Below, piece after piece: positions 25,261 through 39,334 of a DNA stretch of 64,000 nucleotides. A program made the translations under genes and the position numbers. Where the stretch lies: NCBI GenBank assembly GCA_965644265.1, contig OZ286462.1, forward strand, positions 106,082,001-106,146,000, given 5' to 3'. This stretch comes from Glycera tridactyla. Taxonomy: Eukaryota. The stretch's first letter is position 1, and each line of letters opens with the position of its first letter. Under the pieces are notes generated by a model. It was given only the letters and a program-made list of their open reading frames with translations. It was not told the DNA's origin and ran no database searches.

Positions 25261-28200
25261 ATGATCACTTCCGTGCCACGCCATGGGAGTCTTGATCAAG
25301 CGATTATATTCATGGCGAGATCGAATATGAAAAAAAATCTACAAGACTACCTCGAGTGTCGAGTTGTTGAAATATGTACTTTGTACCTGAGACTCCATGT
25401 GTAAAGCAATGAAAATATGTACTTTGTATATGAGACTGAGATGCCGGGATGGTAAAAGTCTCTCCTGGGAATGACAAGTCAAATGGTATACGTACTTGTG
25501 GAAATAAGGTGGTTTAGCCTTGTAACATCTATGAATGTTGTCTGAGATGGCCATTCTCTCACAGTTTTGGAATGATGGTCACTAGCAATCATATATAGCA
25601 GTTTGATCTGAAGGCTCCATTTGTCATGGTCAATAAAAGTGCAAAAACCTTTGACATTTGACCCAAGCCATTTCATTTCAAACAAAGCAGACGATTAGAG
25701 TAATTGGTTACTATTCTGAATAAGAAACCAACAGAATCAATTCTAATATAGAATGGAAGACAAATTTGCTTGAAGCATTTTGTTCAGTCATCTGTATTAA
25801 GGGATGGCCAAACATTAAGGGAATATGAGGATCTGTTACTTGACCCAATATCGCACTACAAAATACTTTATATAATCAATTCCTTCAGCGTCTCATCCAA
25901 TTCTTTGATTTGGGTAGTATCACTTAGCCACACTGGTGAAAAAAGGGTGGTCAAAATAGACTGTTTATCATTAAAACCATTATCGAATCATTACAGAAAA
26001 ATATTCATGGATGGATTGGTTAGCCCTAATGAAAATGCAGATGCAATTAGCCTATCTGATGATGTTCTTGTCCCGAAAAAAAAGTTTTTATGGTAGTGTG
26101 AAGTTAATTTGTAGAGATTTATAAAACAACCAACAACCTACACTTTTCGTCCATGTCAGAATTCGAGGAGAAAGGTGATAATGTGCAATACTTTCCAACA
26201 TCTACATTGGCAACTGTGTTGATTCGAATAGAATTGTTCACTACAGCACTACAGCAAATATACAAATGACATAATCAATCACATCACTGGTGAATGAGGA
26301 TGAGAACATTGAATGACAATACTTTGTTTGAATGACATTCCAACTTATTATTACACTGATGCGATGTGAGCCAGTGTAGACATGTGATATCATAAGCAAG
26401 TTGCAAACACCAGTTTGGTCAAATTTGTTGATAGAGATAGGGAATTTGTAGCTAGGCTCACGACGTGAAATGACAAACTACCCAGTAGATGGCAGGCATC
26501 ACAAATGAGTGGGCTTGGTGTCAAGCTCCACTTCTCTTATCACACTCGCGGGATTCATTCATCTCCTGGTGAAAAAATGAGACACTCCTCTTGGCCATGA
26601 CTTCTTACACATCATGGGATGACAAGCTGCCAACTAGTAGCCTGATATGACCACTCTTATTAGCACTGATCGATTCACTAACAACTGAGCCGGATAAGTC
26701 GACATAAATCTCACATCATCCATTCTCCGATAACTACGTAAGACATATTTTGGATCCGTATTAGCCGTTATAATTCACGGAATGCCCTCAATGGGGAACC
26801 AATGTTTCACGATGCACATCAGAATTATGATCCTCATACAGTATGCTCTGGTGAATGAACCGGTGCAGGGTTACCGGTGAATGCTGCTTCTATATACGGC
26901 ATTGACCTTTTGAGACCATAATTTTTATCACAGCCTTTTATTAGAGCCCCTCACCACCTGCTAATAAATGACGCAATATCATTATTTGCTGGACACGTGC
27001 ATGTGTTTTTTCAACGTATAGTAGCAGATAACAGGGAATAGAAATTGTCATTCTTTCATTCCTGGCAAGAATCATGATAGATAAATCATCGAAAAACGTC
27101 TCCTTGTTCTCTCTCGAAAGAACTGTGGAATGAAAACACAGTGCGTCGGTTGTTTGTTTAGTTGTCCATAGCATCTTGAAACATTGATGTTATGGGCATT
27201 CAAGTATCCCGAATCTTAATCTTTTATTGGAAATAAATTGAACCAAGACGATAAATTGTATGCTGACCAAGGAATAAATGTGGTGGTTCATTGGTTTAAT
27301 GTCACGTCGGCGTCATATGTGCTATATTGCAATGTCTCTGCGATTGACCTCAGTAGGTCTCCTCCCTATGGATCCCCGAAGGAAATTGAATGATCATGAA
27401 ATTCACATGAATACATGAAATGAATTTTTTCAATCTACCCAACATCTTGCAAAGGAAAAATGGGATGTCTGGATCGGCTATAGAAAGAATTGAGGTCATC
27501 ATTCATCCATCGGGCATGGATTGTTGTAGGCACCACCCACCTGTATCATGTCATGACATATCTTGGATAGTAATGATGGTTGGTTGTCTAACTTTTCATG
27601 AACCTCGGCTGGGCTATATCGATACGTCCATGCAATAGGAATGCATGGTATCATCCAGGACTATATCTGCTACAGGCAAACCATCAGCCAGCTACACCTG
27701 AGACCATTTCACTGAAGAGAAAAGAAATAGCTTAGAGGGATAGGAAAGAGGTCAAGAAAAAGAAATCTGGTGATAGTGCAATTTTGGTAGAAAATGCCTA
27801 AAGATAGATGATAGAAAATTGTGAAGGTATGTTTTCATTCAACCCCCCATTCCAAAAGATATTGAGAAGAAGAGAAGGGATGATGCTACACCTAGGCCAC
27901 ATCGTACCCGATGGCAACACTTCAGAGTAAAAGTCCCACGCCCATTGGACCAGGCACATCAGTTCTGGGTTACTAGGGCTGCGACTAGGTTTACTAGGTT
28001 GTGTGATGGCATTGTACTGCAAGCATAGGGCAAGCCATGATTGTAAAGCTGGTTTGAAGTTGACAGTTCGTAATTGAAGACATTATTTGAGTATTCTCCG
28101 AACCTAATGCTTTTCCTTGTTTCAAGTACTGCGCTTTGCGTGAAAAAAGCATAGCTATCAGGCTTGAGGGTTAGCTTCCAGCCAGCTACATAGTTAGATA

Positions 28201-31200
28201 TGCCATCATCAGGTTCAATATGTCTTTTTTCGTAGAGTTAGAGTTGGTAGGGGTGTGTCTGAACCATCAGCTACTTCCACTTGACAACCTTTCAGGGAGT
28301 TCCCCATCATCTTGTGTTCAGGGTTTGTGAGAGTCATGTCTGCAGGGGAGAGACCATCTAGCTTTCATTAACCAAGAACACATGGCACACATAATCCTGT
28401 GGGTTGATACATGCCGTTAAGCCTCAAACAAACAAACAAACAAACAAACATCCAGGACTTTTAATTCCAGGTCCCAAATTGAAGGTAAGATCTTCCCAAA
28501 GTCACGAGCATTCACTGATATTTCAGACTATGAATATGTAAGTTTTTTTTTATTTGAATTTGTTTTTTATACTCTACTGATGTTGATAAGTGGATGAAAC
28601 AGATTGAACATCTTCGTTGTATTTTGATCAGCAATACAGACTATTGCTGGACCAATAGCATGTTCCAGTTTTTTAATGTGTGTTTATTCCATGCCAGTCT
28701 TGATAGTATGCAAGATACAACTGCATAAGCATTGACATTCTGCATAGTTGAAGTGCCAACTATCGATCCCCAAGCCTATATATCATAGGTTCTTTCTCTC
28801 TCCTGGAATACAACAGCTCGGTCGCCAGCAGCATGGACATATCATACTTTCAAAAAGATCAATTGACTGAAATGCTTCTCCATCACCTGCTTGTGAGGCA
28901 ACGTCGCCTGCATTCATATCTGGATTCTCTGCTTCAGGCAACTATTGCTTGATCTTCTAATGTTCAGAGAATAACAGATCGTATATACCAAGAAACACAG
29001 CGCTCTGTGCCGTCTGTGAGATAAGTCCTGGAAACCAGTGATTCGAACCTATCGAGAGTATCTACCTTGCTCTATTCCTCAGCAGTATAACTTGGGCCCA
29101 GAATGTGTAACGAATATCTCGGTGATGTGGTGAATGGAAAACTAATGCAATGGCATATATATTAAACACCATTCACATAACAATCGATTGAATACTTCGG
29201 TGGTGCGTCGAACTCGATCAAATAAGGGTTCCCTGGAGGATGAATAATTTATGTCGATGATCTTGAACAGACCTCTTGTTCATCTTCTATGTGCTCTGTT
29301 CACCATCAGGATGCTATTTCAATGCGCTGACTGAATGGTGCAGTAACCCAGGGTACGTGCATTCCTGTTTGATACGGCATGGAAATGTTCCTTTTGTACT
29401 CTCCAATGTGAGTTTATCCAATCTTGAGAACAAGTTAGCTCCTGTTAAAGATTCATCTGAAGAATCTGGACTGATCACTTCAATACTGTGCGATAGGCGT
29501 ATTAATTGAGCAAATATATTTATAGCGGATCAAAAATCAACATAAAACAACAAGACTCTCATGAGTGAAAATATGTATTTTGTATCTAAGACTCCATGTG
29601 TAGAGCAGTATAAATATGTACTCCGTATCTGAGGCTGAGATGCCGGGGGCAAAAAGTCTTCCCTGGGGATGGCAAGTCAAATAGGATACAGTATAGTGTT
29701 GCCTTGTAACATCTATGATGAATGTTGTCTGAGATTACCATTCTCTTACAGCTAACCAATGATGGAAGAGGACATGGCTACTAGCAATTACAGATAACAG
29801 CTTAATCTGAAGGCTCCATTTGTCTTGGTCAATCTCGGACATCTGGCCCAAGCTACTTTATTTCAATCCGAGCAAAAGATTGGAGTTATTGGTGAGGGCA
29901 CTATCCCGAAAAAGAAACCAACAGAATCAATCCTTCTACAGAATATCTTTTGCAAGAGACTTGTAGGAGGACAAATGTGTTTGAAGCCGTTGAAGCATTT
30001 TTGTTAAGTCATCTGTATTAAGAGATGATCAGACAAAAGTGGAACACGGAGATCTGTTTCTTGACCCTAACATCGCACTACAAGATACTTCACATGAATT
30101 TGCGATACTTTTATACCAAGACTTCTACTGTATCCACACTGTACACTATGTATCATTCTTCACTTCTCACAAAAACACAATTCGTCAGAACAGCATCATA
30201 TTATCATCAGGGTTGTCCATTTACTGATTCCTTCTCGTAAATGAGTTGACGGAAGGGAATAATCCAAGAGAATACAATATACAATGATTGAATGCGTGAT
30301 AGAAACCTCGCCTATCCAAAATCCACATGGTCATCAAAAAGCGTGGACATATCAAGCTTTACATATGTGTTTTCGGCTCTCGCGATAGAATGACTTATAT
30401 GTTTCAGATATATCACCTGATGGAGAATCTGCAGTGGCAAACTCGGCGGCAGAATTCAGGGAAGAGAATATCTTATCGTATTCACAATTATATGATCTTC
30501 AGATTATCAAATGTCCATCGATCAATAGATGTTTTATCGAATTGCCTTGGAATGAAATACAGGAGTGGTCCAGCTAGCACCTATTGGATACATCAAGTGA
30601 TATGAATGACGATCAGCTAAGCGAGTTGCAATGATGATAATCATCATCTTTAGCAATCTGGCATCTACTCAGGTTACAATGATTCATCAATAATATTATT
30701 GCAATGCACAGGTTTGTTATCCCCCTCTTGATATCAAATATAGATAACTCTCATACATTTGATTCATCATCTTTCTATTCACTGCCTCTTGCCCATGATG
30801 CACCTATGCATATAGAGATCTTTTTCTGCACACTCGCAGCCATTTAGCAACTCAACATCAGAGGCTATTCCAGACAGGGTGAAGCCAGTTGTCAAATAAT
30901 CACAGATACTAGGAAGATGAAAAGAATCATGGATTCAATTCAATCGATCATTCATTTCTTCGTCCGTTTGATCGTTTGCTTGATTCTTCATCACTTCATT
31001 ACATTGTTTGATCCATCATTCTCTCATTCATCTATTCAAATTCAAATTCAAACATACTCTATCCAAACTCGTAACTTCGCCTATTCCTCCCTTCATCCAA
31101 TACTTTATCCATCTTTCTATTTCATTCATGTATCTCAAATTCATTCATCTTTCATTTATTAATTCATTGATCATGTATTTGGTCATCACGGACACAGACT

Positions 31201-33198
31201 GAAGTAGCTGTTGTAGGCAGGTAGCCATTTTCATGAAAGTGGTCTCTCATGGCTGTATTATTGACTTCCATGTATACTGTTGAAGCCGAAATCGGATTTA
31301 CCTCCAGCTTTCTGTTTGAATATCCAGGCCAGATGAGGACTGTACAGTGCAAACCACGCTTTTTATCATACGCCAATACTGCACAAGAAGCACATCAGAT
31401 GAGTTGATTGCATCTCAATTTTTTGGCAACTCACAAATCCATCTTTTACTACGATTCTTTGTACTTGTTCAAGGGAGGCTAGAGAAAGAAAATTATCATT
31501 TTTGCTCTGTTTTGCACATCAAGCAATTAGATATATAGAGCGTCAATGCACATAATTCTGCCGACTGGGTCAAGATGGTTGAGATTCGTCAGATATTTCG
31601 TAATTATGTAGGATGAAACCAGTAAAAAAACATTTGAATTCCTCGTACATTTCTGGTAATTCGCAGCGGTATCAGACAGTCAATGTATACAGATTTCTCG
31701 TGTATGTCCTTGATCCTAATCTGTTTGCAGAGGTATTGCATTCGGGCTTGAGTGGGAATCATTGACATAGTCATATGTGCCACTTACATAGTCATTCATC
31801 CCATATCCATTGCATGGGCGTCACAATATAGTACATATGATGCAGACGTGACCTTGAACAAGAATCGACCAACCAGCTTGACCTTATTCAGGCGAGTGAC
31901 CAGTGTATGTGCATGAAATGTTGACCTTTGGAAAACATGCTGTATGTGAGGGCTTCTCAGCAGAGGCTTCCTCACCTTTTGTTCGATCTTCTTATCACCT
32001 GTCGTTGTGGGAAGCATGCGACTGAAGCCTGCACCCTTCCACAGTCACAAAGACATCATCATGGAGTTGCAGTCTTCGAATCCAGGGGAATTGGGTAACA
32101 TGCCACCCCTGGATCTCAATATCCATAGCATGTCCATTTCATATTAGCCAGACAGTTATCAGCTCCAAGCCTGATTTACTTCGGGCGTCCTTGAGATGAT
32201 CACCATATTATCAATTATCCAGGAAAAGCTCTATAATCTCATGCTCCACTGCCCTCCATTTGCCTCCCATGCACCCAGCAGCTTCGAACAATTCCTCTCT
32301 GCAATCTGGATGTTACTATACCTGACTTCTTCTCAAATTAGATATTCTGACATTTCGAGCAAAGATATCCAGGTAAAGGACCAAATAGATTGAATGCCAT
32401 CATCAGGATGGGTAGATATGTGTCTGAACTGTCCACTCGATCACCTTTCAAGTTCCTCATCATTCTGTTCAGTGTTTGTGAGAGTGATGCATGCAGGGAG
32501 AGAACATATAACTCTCATTGACCAGAAACACATGGCATACACAATCCCACGGGTTGATGCATGTTGTCAAACATGAATCGAATCAAACCAAGATTAAGTC
32601 TCAGGGCCTAGGTGATTCGTACATCTGAAGACTGACATCCGGGAATATCACCTGAAGTTTCAATAGCTGTCAATCCAGTTTATACAGTCAGCTACTTCCA
32701 CATGATCAGCTTCCAGGTTCCCCATGATGTAGTGATTGTGAGAGTGATGCCTGTGGGGAGAGAATATTCAGTATTCATTGACCAAGAACATGCTGCATCC
32801 GAAATCATCTGGATTGATAATGCCTTCATTTTAACCAAACCAAACCACATGATCTGAGAAGGGTGGGGGTGGAAGTGGGGTGGGGGTGGGGGGATAATCA
32901 TCATTCGTTTTTTTTCTTTTGGTTATTGATGTGACTGATGTGAGCAGCGCATTAATTTGTTCTCATCATTCACCAAGCTGGTTTGAAATAAATTGAGTTG
33001 GTCCACGATTGTAAGGCCCCAATTGAATGTGTCAAGTTGAAATTCAATCTATCCCTGGGGACTCCCTGGTTGATCTCACTCATGCCAATTGCATGAATAT
33101 TGCAATAAATCCATCCTGGTGCTTAGAGGACGAGAACACACTACCACCATGTAGGAAAATTCATAAGAGCAGTGCTTGGCAGCGAGCTTCAAATGACC

Positions 33199-33937
33199 CC
33201 AGCTTTGATTGTAGGTGATACCCGACAGCCAGCTTTGATTGTAGGTGATACCCGACAGCTAGCTTTGATTGTAGGTGATACCCGACAGCCAGCTTTGATT
33301 GTAGGTGATACCCGACAGCCAGCTTTGATTGTAGGTGATACCCGACAGCCAGCTTTGATTGTAAGTGATACCCGACAGCCAGCTTTGATTGTAAGTGATA
33401 CCCGACAGCCAGCTTTGATTGTAGGTGATACCCGACAACCAGCTTTGATTGTAAGTGATACCCGACAGCCAGCTTTGATTGTAGGTGATACCCGACATCC
33501 AGCTTTGATTGTAGGTGATACCCGACAGCCAGCTTTGATTGTAGGTGATACCCGACAGCCAGCTTTGATTGTAGGTGATACCCGACAGCCAGCTTTGATT
33601 GTAAGTGATACCCGACAACCAGCTTTGATTGTAGGTGATACCCGACAGCCAGCTTTGATTGTAGGTGATACCCGACAGCCAGCTTTGATTGTAGGTGATA
33701 CCCGACAGCCAGCTTTGATTGTAAGTGATACCCGACAACCAGCTTTGATTGTAGGTGATACCCGACAGCCAGCTTTGATTGTAAGTGATACCCGACAGCC
33801 AGCTTTGATTGTAAGTGATAACCGACAGCCAGCTTTGATTGTAAGTGATACCCGACAACCAGCTTTGATTGTAAGTGATACCCGACAGCCAGCTTTAATT
33901 GTAGGTGATACCCGAGAGCCAGCTTTGATTGTAAGTG
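33199..33937. repeat. 30-bp minisatellite, ~24.5 copies
   Basis: Unit ccagctttgattgtaggtgatacccgacag; explains four overlapping repeat ORFs. Confidence 0.98.
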
Positions 33938-33944
33938 CATAATT

Positions 33945-34111
33945 GTGTGTGTGTGTGTGTGTGTGTGTTTGCATGTGTCCATGTATGTGCGCATATTTGT
34001 GAGTGTGTGTGTGGTGTGTGTTTGTGAGTGTGAGTGTATGTGTGGAGTGAGTGTGTGTGTGGTGTGAGTGTGGGTGTGTGTCCATGTATGTGCACATATT
34101 TGTGAGTGTGT
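33945..34111. repeat. (GT)n-rich microsatellite
   Basis: Direct reading. Confidence 0.95.
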
Positions 34112-34417
34112 NNNNNNNNNNNNNNNNNNNNNNNNNNNNNNNNNNNNNNNNNNNNNNNNNNNNNNNNNNNNNNNNNNNNNNNNNNNNNNNNNNNNNNNNN
34201 NNNNNNNNNNNNNNNNNNNNNNNNNNNNNNNNNNNNNNNNNNNNNNNNNNNNNNNNNNNNNNNNNNNNNNNNNNNNNNNNNNNNNNNNNNNNNNNNNNNN
34301 NNNNNNNNNNNNNNNNNNNNNNNNNNNNNNNNNNNNNNNNNNNNNNNNNNNNNNNNNNNNNNNNNNNNNNNNNNNNNNNNNNNNNNNNNNNNNNNNNNNN
34401 NNNNNNNNNNNNNNNNN
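34112..34417. other. Assembly gap
   Basis: Run of N. Confidence 0.99.
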
Positions 34418-36357
34418 GACATTCCAATGTCATTACCCGACTTATGCTTCATTGAAAATTATGGTGGAATCAAGGCTGATATTCAAGGTATGTACATTTT
34501 GTCACTGAAACTTCTGGTATGTGTACCGTCATGTACTCCATCAAGAGAATACAGTGATGATGCATAACCATGTACTTGAAATTGTTTGAGTAAACTCATG
34601 TTTACATGATCGTCAAACCGACATACTCAAAACAAATATTTTAAGGGCGTGTATACTCTTGTGGATATCATGTACAAAAATGACTCTTCTCAGATATACC
34701 CTTGACTCAATTTTTGAAGTTTGTAATCAAGCAGAATGATTACCTCTGTTCCTGATTCCCTGCTGCATGAGTGACTTATGGGAGGTATATCTTAACTCCC
34801 GGTCATCTGATTCTGGTGGGGATTTCGATGGCAGTATCCCTATTTTGCACCCCACAAGTACCAATGACAGTCAATGGTCTGCAGATGCTGGAAGACTGGT
34901 TGCGTATCAGATATATACACTAATCACCTGAAGCAGGATATATTTAGCAGCAGTCGAACACTGTAGCCTGCAAGCACTCAGGTGACCTACTTCGGGGCTG
35001 GTGCTAGTGAACAAAGGTTCACAGGGATTTGGTCTAGCTACGGCATCCTCATTAAGGAGGGGGCACTTTCTCCGTCTAATGTCCCTTCATGATATCACCC
35101 AGCTGTCCGTTGACCCGTGACATGATGGTATTCCCTTGCTCAAGTCTTCAAGCCTAATCTGAGTAATCCTATCGGCAAAATCGGGAATTTTGCAATGAGG
35201 CTGTTTATCATTTCAGCCTGTCTCGAATCAGTGAGAAATGATATTAATGAATGGATTAGTGAGTCTCAATAAAAATGGAGATGCAATCAGCTTATCCGAT
35301 GATGTATCTGTATGGAAAATATTGAAATATGTTGTATGACATGATGTGTGGCCTTCAAATGCAACTGATGATACAACAGATTTCATCAGTATTCACAGAA
35401 GAATAAGGGGAACTTTGAATGAATATACCAAAACAACTGACATACTACACATTGTCGCCTGAGTCAGAATTCAAGATGAAAGGTAATAAGGTGCAAATAC
35501 CGCCTAACATCTACATTATTAGCTGCTCTGCTTCGAACACAATGTTTTCACTGCAGCACTGATGAGATGAATAAATGACATACTCAGTTACATCACTTGT
35601 GAAGGGAGGCAGGACCGTTGAATGATGACACTCTGATTGGATGACATTCACACTTATCATTAAACCGATGTGATATGAGCCTGTGCTAGGATGTGATATC
35701 ATGAGTCATTTGCAAACACTGGTTTCTGGACAAAGTTCGTTGATAGAGACAGGGAATTTACAGCTAGGCTCACAACGTGAGATGACAAACTATCCAGTAG
35801 ATGGCAGGCATTACAAATGAGTGAGCTTGGTGTTAAGCTCCACTTCTCTTATCACACTTGAGGGATTCATTCATCTCCCCATGAAAAATGAGACACTCCA
35901 CTCTTGTTGCGACTACTCACATATCATGGACTTACAAGCTGCCAACTGGTAGCCTGATATGAGACATGGGGGTAAATTTTGAATTAGGCAGATCGGATCT
36001 AAGTGGTTTGGAGATCTGAGGAGCAGCTAGGCTTTTATTTCATGGGCATGTTCAAGTGGCCTGGTACAGACAGTGCTGTCTTCATTCCCTTTCCTGAGGT
36101 GAGTGCACAGGCGCTCGGAGAAGATCGGCGGCGGTAGCGGCGGGCGTAATAGTAGAGTAAAGGAAGGTCCGAATGTTCCGTGTACGAAAACTGACACCTC
36201 AACGGAGATCTTCAAAATATAAGTTTTGAGAGCATGACAGCAGTTTACTTACGCACGAATGATTAGAAAACCATATTCTCTACACGTTACCCCCATCAAA
36301 CACCCACAACGCTACTTTATCTGTGAGAATCCTCCATCTGAATACACAAATTCTGTC

Positions 36358-36379
36358 CTGCACCACTTGTCATGACGTT
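36358..36379 (-). repeat. Subterminal inverted motif, partner at 43273-43294
   Basis: AACGTCATGACAAGTGGTGCAG vs AACGTCTTGACAAGTGGTGCAG (21/22), ~250-265 bp from each terminus. Confidence 0.85.
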
Positions 36380-36802
36380 CTCAGGCGGATTGGACGGGTG
36401 TCATGACTCCCACTGCCCACAGCTTGTGACAGGGGACCAGACAAACCTATTCAGCAGCAAATACTCCCGGTTACAAAATATAAATAGGAATAAGAGTAAG
36501 AAATCTTCATGGCAAACTTTGTCCTGAACATTGGTCCGACAATACAATAAAGGTAGAGCATGATTCACAAATTACACAACAGATACAAATAGAGTAAATG
36601 GATAAGAACATTTCCAGCAGATACGAATAGAGCAAAATGTACAGATACAGATACAAAAATGTTCAGCATACTTTCAAAACGGGGGCTGATGAGTTCAATG
36701 GTCACACCAACATTACCTAGGGTTGTGGTAGGCTCATCACAGAAAATACCAAATGAAAAAAAGGTCTCATTTCGATGATTAACTTGATGAAAAAATGCAT
36801 GT

Positions 36803-36928
36803 TTGTCATATGGGAGATGAGCTCCATCCTGTCATGGTCTGCCTTTATTTCAATAATTAAGTAGATCAGAAAATTCACGCTTGTCATATGGGAGATGAGC
36901 TCCATTCTGTCATGGTCTGCCCTCATTT
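36803..36928. repeat. ~48-bp direct repeat, period 78
   Basis: ttgtcatatgggagatgagctccat(c/t)ctgtcatggtctgcc at 36803 and 36881. Confidence 0.9.
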
Positions 36929-37068
36929 TGATGATTAACTAAAGCCTGAACAAATCAACACATGCACCATAGAGGATTACTGTTTGTCAAAGCAACTGAG
37001 GCTGCAGGATCATTGCAATCCAATGCAACCAGCAGTCCATCAAAACAAGTCTCGACAAAGTATATATA

Positions 37069-38267
37069 CTAGCTGTCAGAGATAGACATCTAGATCTAAC
37101 CATCAGAGATAGCTGTCTAGACCCAGCCGTCAGAGATAGCCTTCTAGACCTAGTTGCCGCCTAGACCTAGAAGCCGTCTAGATCTAGCTGTCAGAGATAG
37201 CTGTGTAGACCTAGCCGTTAGGGATAGACATCTAGACCTAGCTGTCAGAGATAGGCAGAGAGAGACGTCTAGACCATAGCTGTCTAGACCCAGCCGTCTA
37301 GACCTAGCAGTCAAAGGTAGCGATATAGACCTAGCCGTCAGAGGTAGTCGTCTAGACACAGCCGTCAGAGATAGCCGTATAGACTCAGCTGTCAGAGGTG
37401 GCCGTCTAGACCCAGCCATTGGAGATAGCCGTCTAGACCTAGCCTTCAGAGAAAGCCATCTAGACCTAGCCATCAAAGCTAGCTGTCAAGACCCAGCCGT
37501 CAGAGATAGCCGTATATACCTAGCCTCCAGAAATAGCCATCTTGATCCAGCCGTTGCAGGAAGCCGTCTAGACCTAGCCGTTAGAGGTAGCCATATAGAC
37601 CTAGCCGTCAGAGGTAGCCATCTAGACCCAGCTGTCTGAGATAGCTGTATAGACCTAGCCTTCAGAGATAGCCGTATAGACCATAGCCATCTAGACCCGG
37701 CCGTCGGAGATACCTGTCAAGACCCAGCCGTCAAAGATAGCCGTATAGACCTAGCCTCCAGAGATAGCCATCTAGACCCAGCCGTTGCAGAAAGCCGTCT
37801 AGACCTAGCCGTCAGAGGTAGCCATATGGACCTAGCCGTCAGAGGTAGCCATCTAGACCCAGCTGTCAGAGATAGCTTTATAGACCTAGCCTTCAGAGAT
37901 AGCCGTATAGACCATAGCCATCTAGACCCAGCCGTGAGAGATAGCCATCTAGACCCAGCTGTCCGAGATAGCTTCATAGACCTAGCCGTCAAAGATAGCC
38001 GTATAGACCTCGCCTTCAGAGATAGCCATCTAGACCCAGCCGTTGCAGAAAGCCGTCTAGACCTAGCTTTCAGAGATGGCCGTCTAGACCTAGCTGTCAG
38101 AGATAGCCATCTAGACCTAGCCGTCAGAGATAGCCATCTAGACCTAGCCATCTAGACCCAGCTGTCAGAGATAGCCATCTAGACCTTGTTGTCAGAACTA
38201 GCCATCTAGACCTAGCCATCAGAGATAGCCATCTAGACCTAGTCGTCAGAGATAGCTGTCTAGACCT
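37069..38267. repeat. Divergent ~27-bp minisatellite, ~44 units, inside the TIR element
   Basis: Consensus tagacctagccgtcagagatagccatc; 231-bp higher-order duplication (ctgtcaagacccagccgtc at 37483 and 37714). Confidence 0.95.
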
Positions 38268-38494
38268 GATGAAGCGCCCGGCAACTACACGATTTTTAAT
38301 GGGGGCTTTCACAGACTCGGGATATGCCACCCTCGGGCTGGCATTTGCGGTTGAGTGGGAGGGATGGAATTCCAGAATTATCTTGCTAATAGTAGAGTTA
38401 AGGAATGAACTCTGTACTTGTTGTGCTTGCTCGTATGCTATATTTACAGCTAACCACACGATTCAGATGTCCCCTCTGGGTCATAATTGTCCCC

Positions 38495-38570
38495 ATGGTG
38501 ACGTCTGTGACGTCACGCGTTTGGCGATGCTACGTCACAGCAACAACGCTTGAATCTGCGCCATTTTGAA
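38495..38570 (+). promoter_or_regulatory. Putative promoter upstream of SGNH ORF
   Basis: CpG-rich; TGACGTCA at 38508-38515 plus partial CRE sites; GCGCCATTTT (YY1-like) at 38558-38567. Confidence 0.35.
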
Positions 38571-38719
38571 TTCAACCAGCCGGGCGGCAGGTTAGGATTT
38601 TCGGGTGGACGGAATTTCTGGATTTACTCTCTGACTTTGCGCTTGGTGACACACAAGTTACGGTAAACTTGCACCTTGACACCAACCCCACTCCGTTCCG
38701 TTCCCTGACCATTGTTGCG

Positions 38720-39334
38720 ATGGAACCAAGGGCCTGTTTCATCGGACACCTTCTGTCTCAAACGGGAGGCGTGGTTGGAGCAACTTATGAAGAGCGGTTG
38801 GCTACCGTCTTCGGAGTGAACCATTTCTTCAGTGAAATACAGTTTTGCTACACCCCATTATTATACGGACAAGATTTCGTGAATGCCGTATGGTCGTTGA
38901 ACTGGTTTGCCCCTCAGGCGGTGGTATTGATATTGATCAAATGATTTGCGCGGAGACAATGTTGATGGTGTTGATGTAGCCAACCAAGTGTGGCGCCTCG
39001 CCCAAGAATTACTGGGGGTACCTTCTGTCACTTGCATTCATGTTGTGGGTTGTCTTCTCAGAGCTTCTAACCTCGGGTGCGATGAATCTGTTTTCAACAC
39101 ACATGTTGAACAATTCAATGATCGTCTTCGCAACTTCAAAAAGTGACACCCGAAATATGCATCATATTTCTCAAGGGTTTCTCACGCCGCGCAGATGGTT
39201 CAGTCATGTCAGTTTGGGAATATGCTCAAGACGGGATTCATCCCGGTCCTGATCCTGCGCATTGGGCTTTCCGGAGCTTTTCTGATCAAATGTGTAGATC
39301 ACTTTTCAGCCTCAGAAATGAGATTGAGCACTAA
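38720..39334 (+). pseudogene. SGNH/GDSL hydrolase-like ORF of Ngaro type, frameshifted
   Basis: MEPRACFIGH (block I, GHS-type), PQAVVL..(G)SNDL across the frameshift at ~38935 (block III GxND), QDGIHP (block V DxxH). Confidence 0.75.

Noticed and set aside
36106-36150. RAG/Transib recombination signal (CACAG start)
   Set aside because: Heptamer is CACAGGC not CACAGTG, there is no A-rich nonamer at 12/23 spacing, and the TSD is 8 bp rather than 5 bp.
36106-36176. 71-bp repeat as conserved first exons of two divergent paralogous genes
   Set aside because: The identical 8-bp direct repeat immediately outside both copies is explained more simply as a TSD.
35966-36296. 10-bp inverted repeat ATGGGGGTAA...TTACCCCCAT as a small element
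   Set aside because: It straddles the well-supported TIR boundary at 36106 and is short enough to be chance.
37069-38267. CRISPR-like array next to a reverse transcriptase
   Set aside because: Units are contiguous variants of one consensus with no unique spacers, no cas genes are present, and the context is eukaryotic; the same applies to the other four arrays.
38269-38553. 94-aa ORF as an RNase H or recombinase remnant
   Set aside because: Only a vague TDSG..G resemblance; no HSFRIG-type or other diagnostic motif, and the 3' part overlaps promoter-like DNA.
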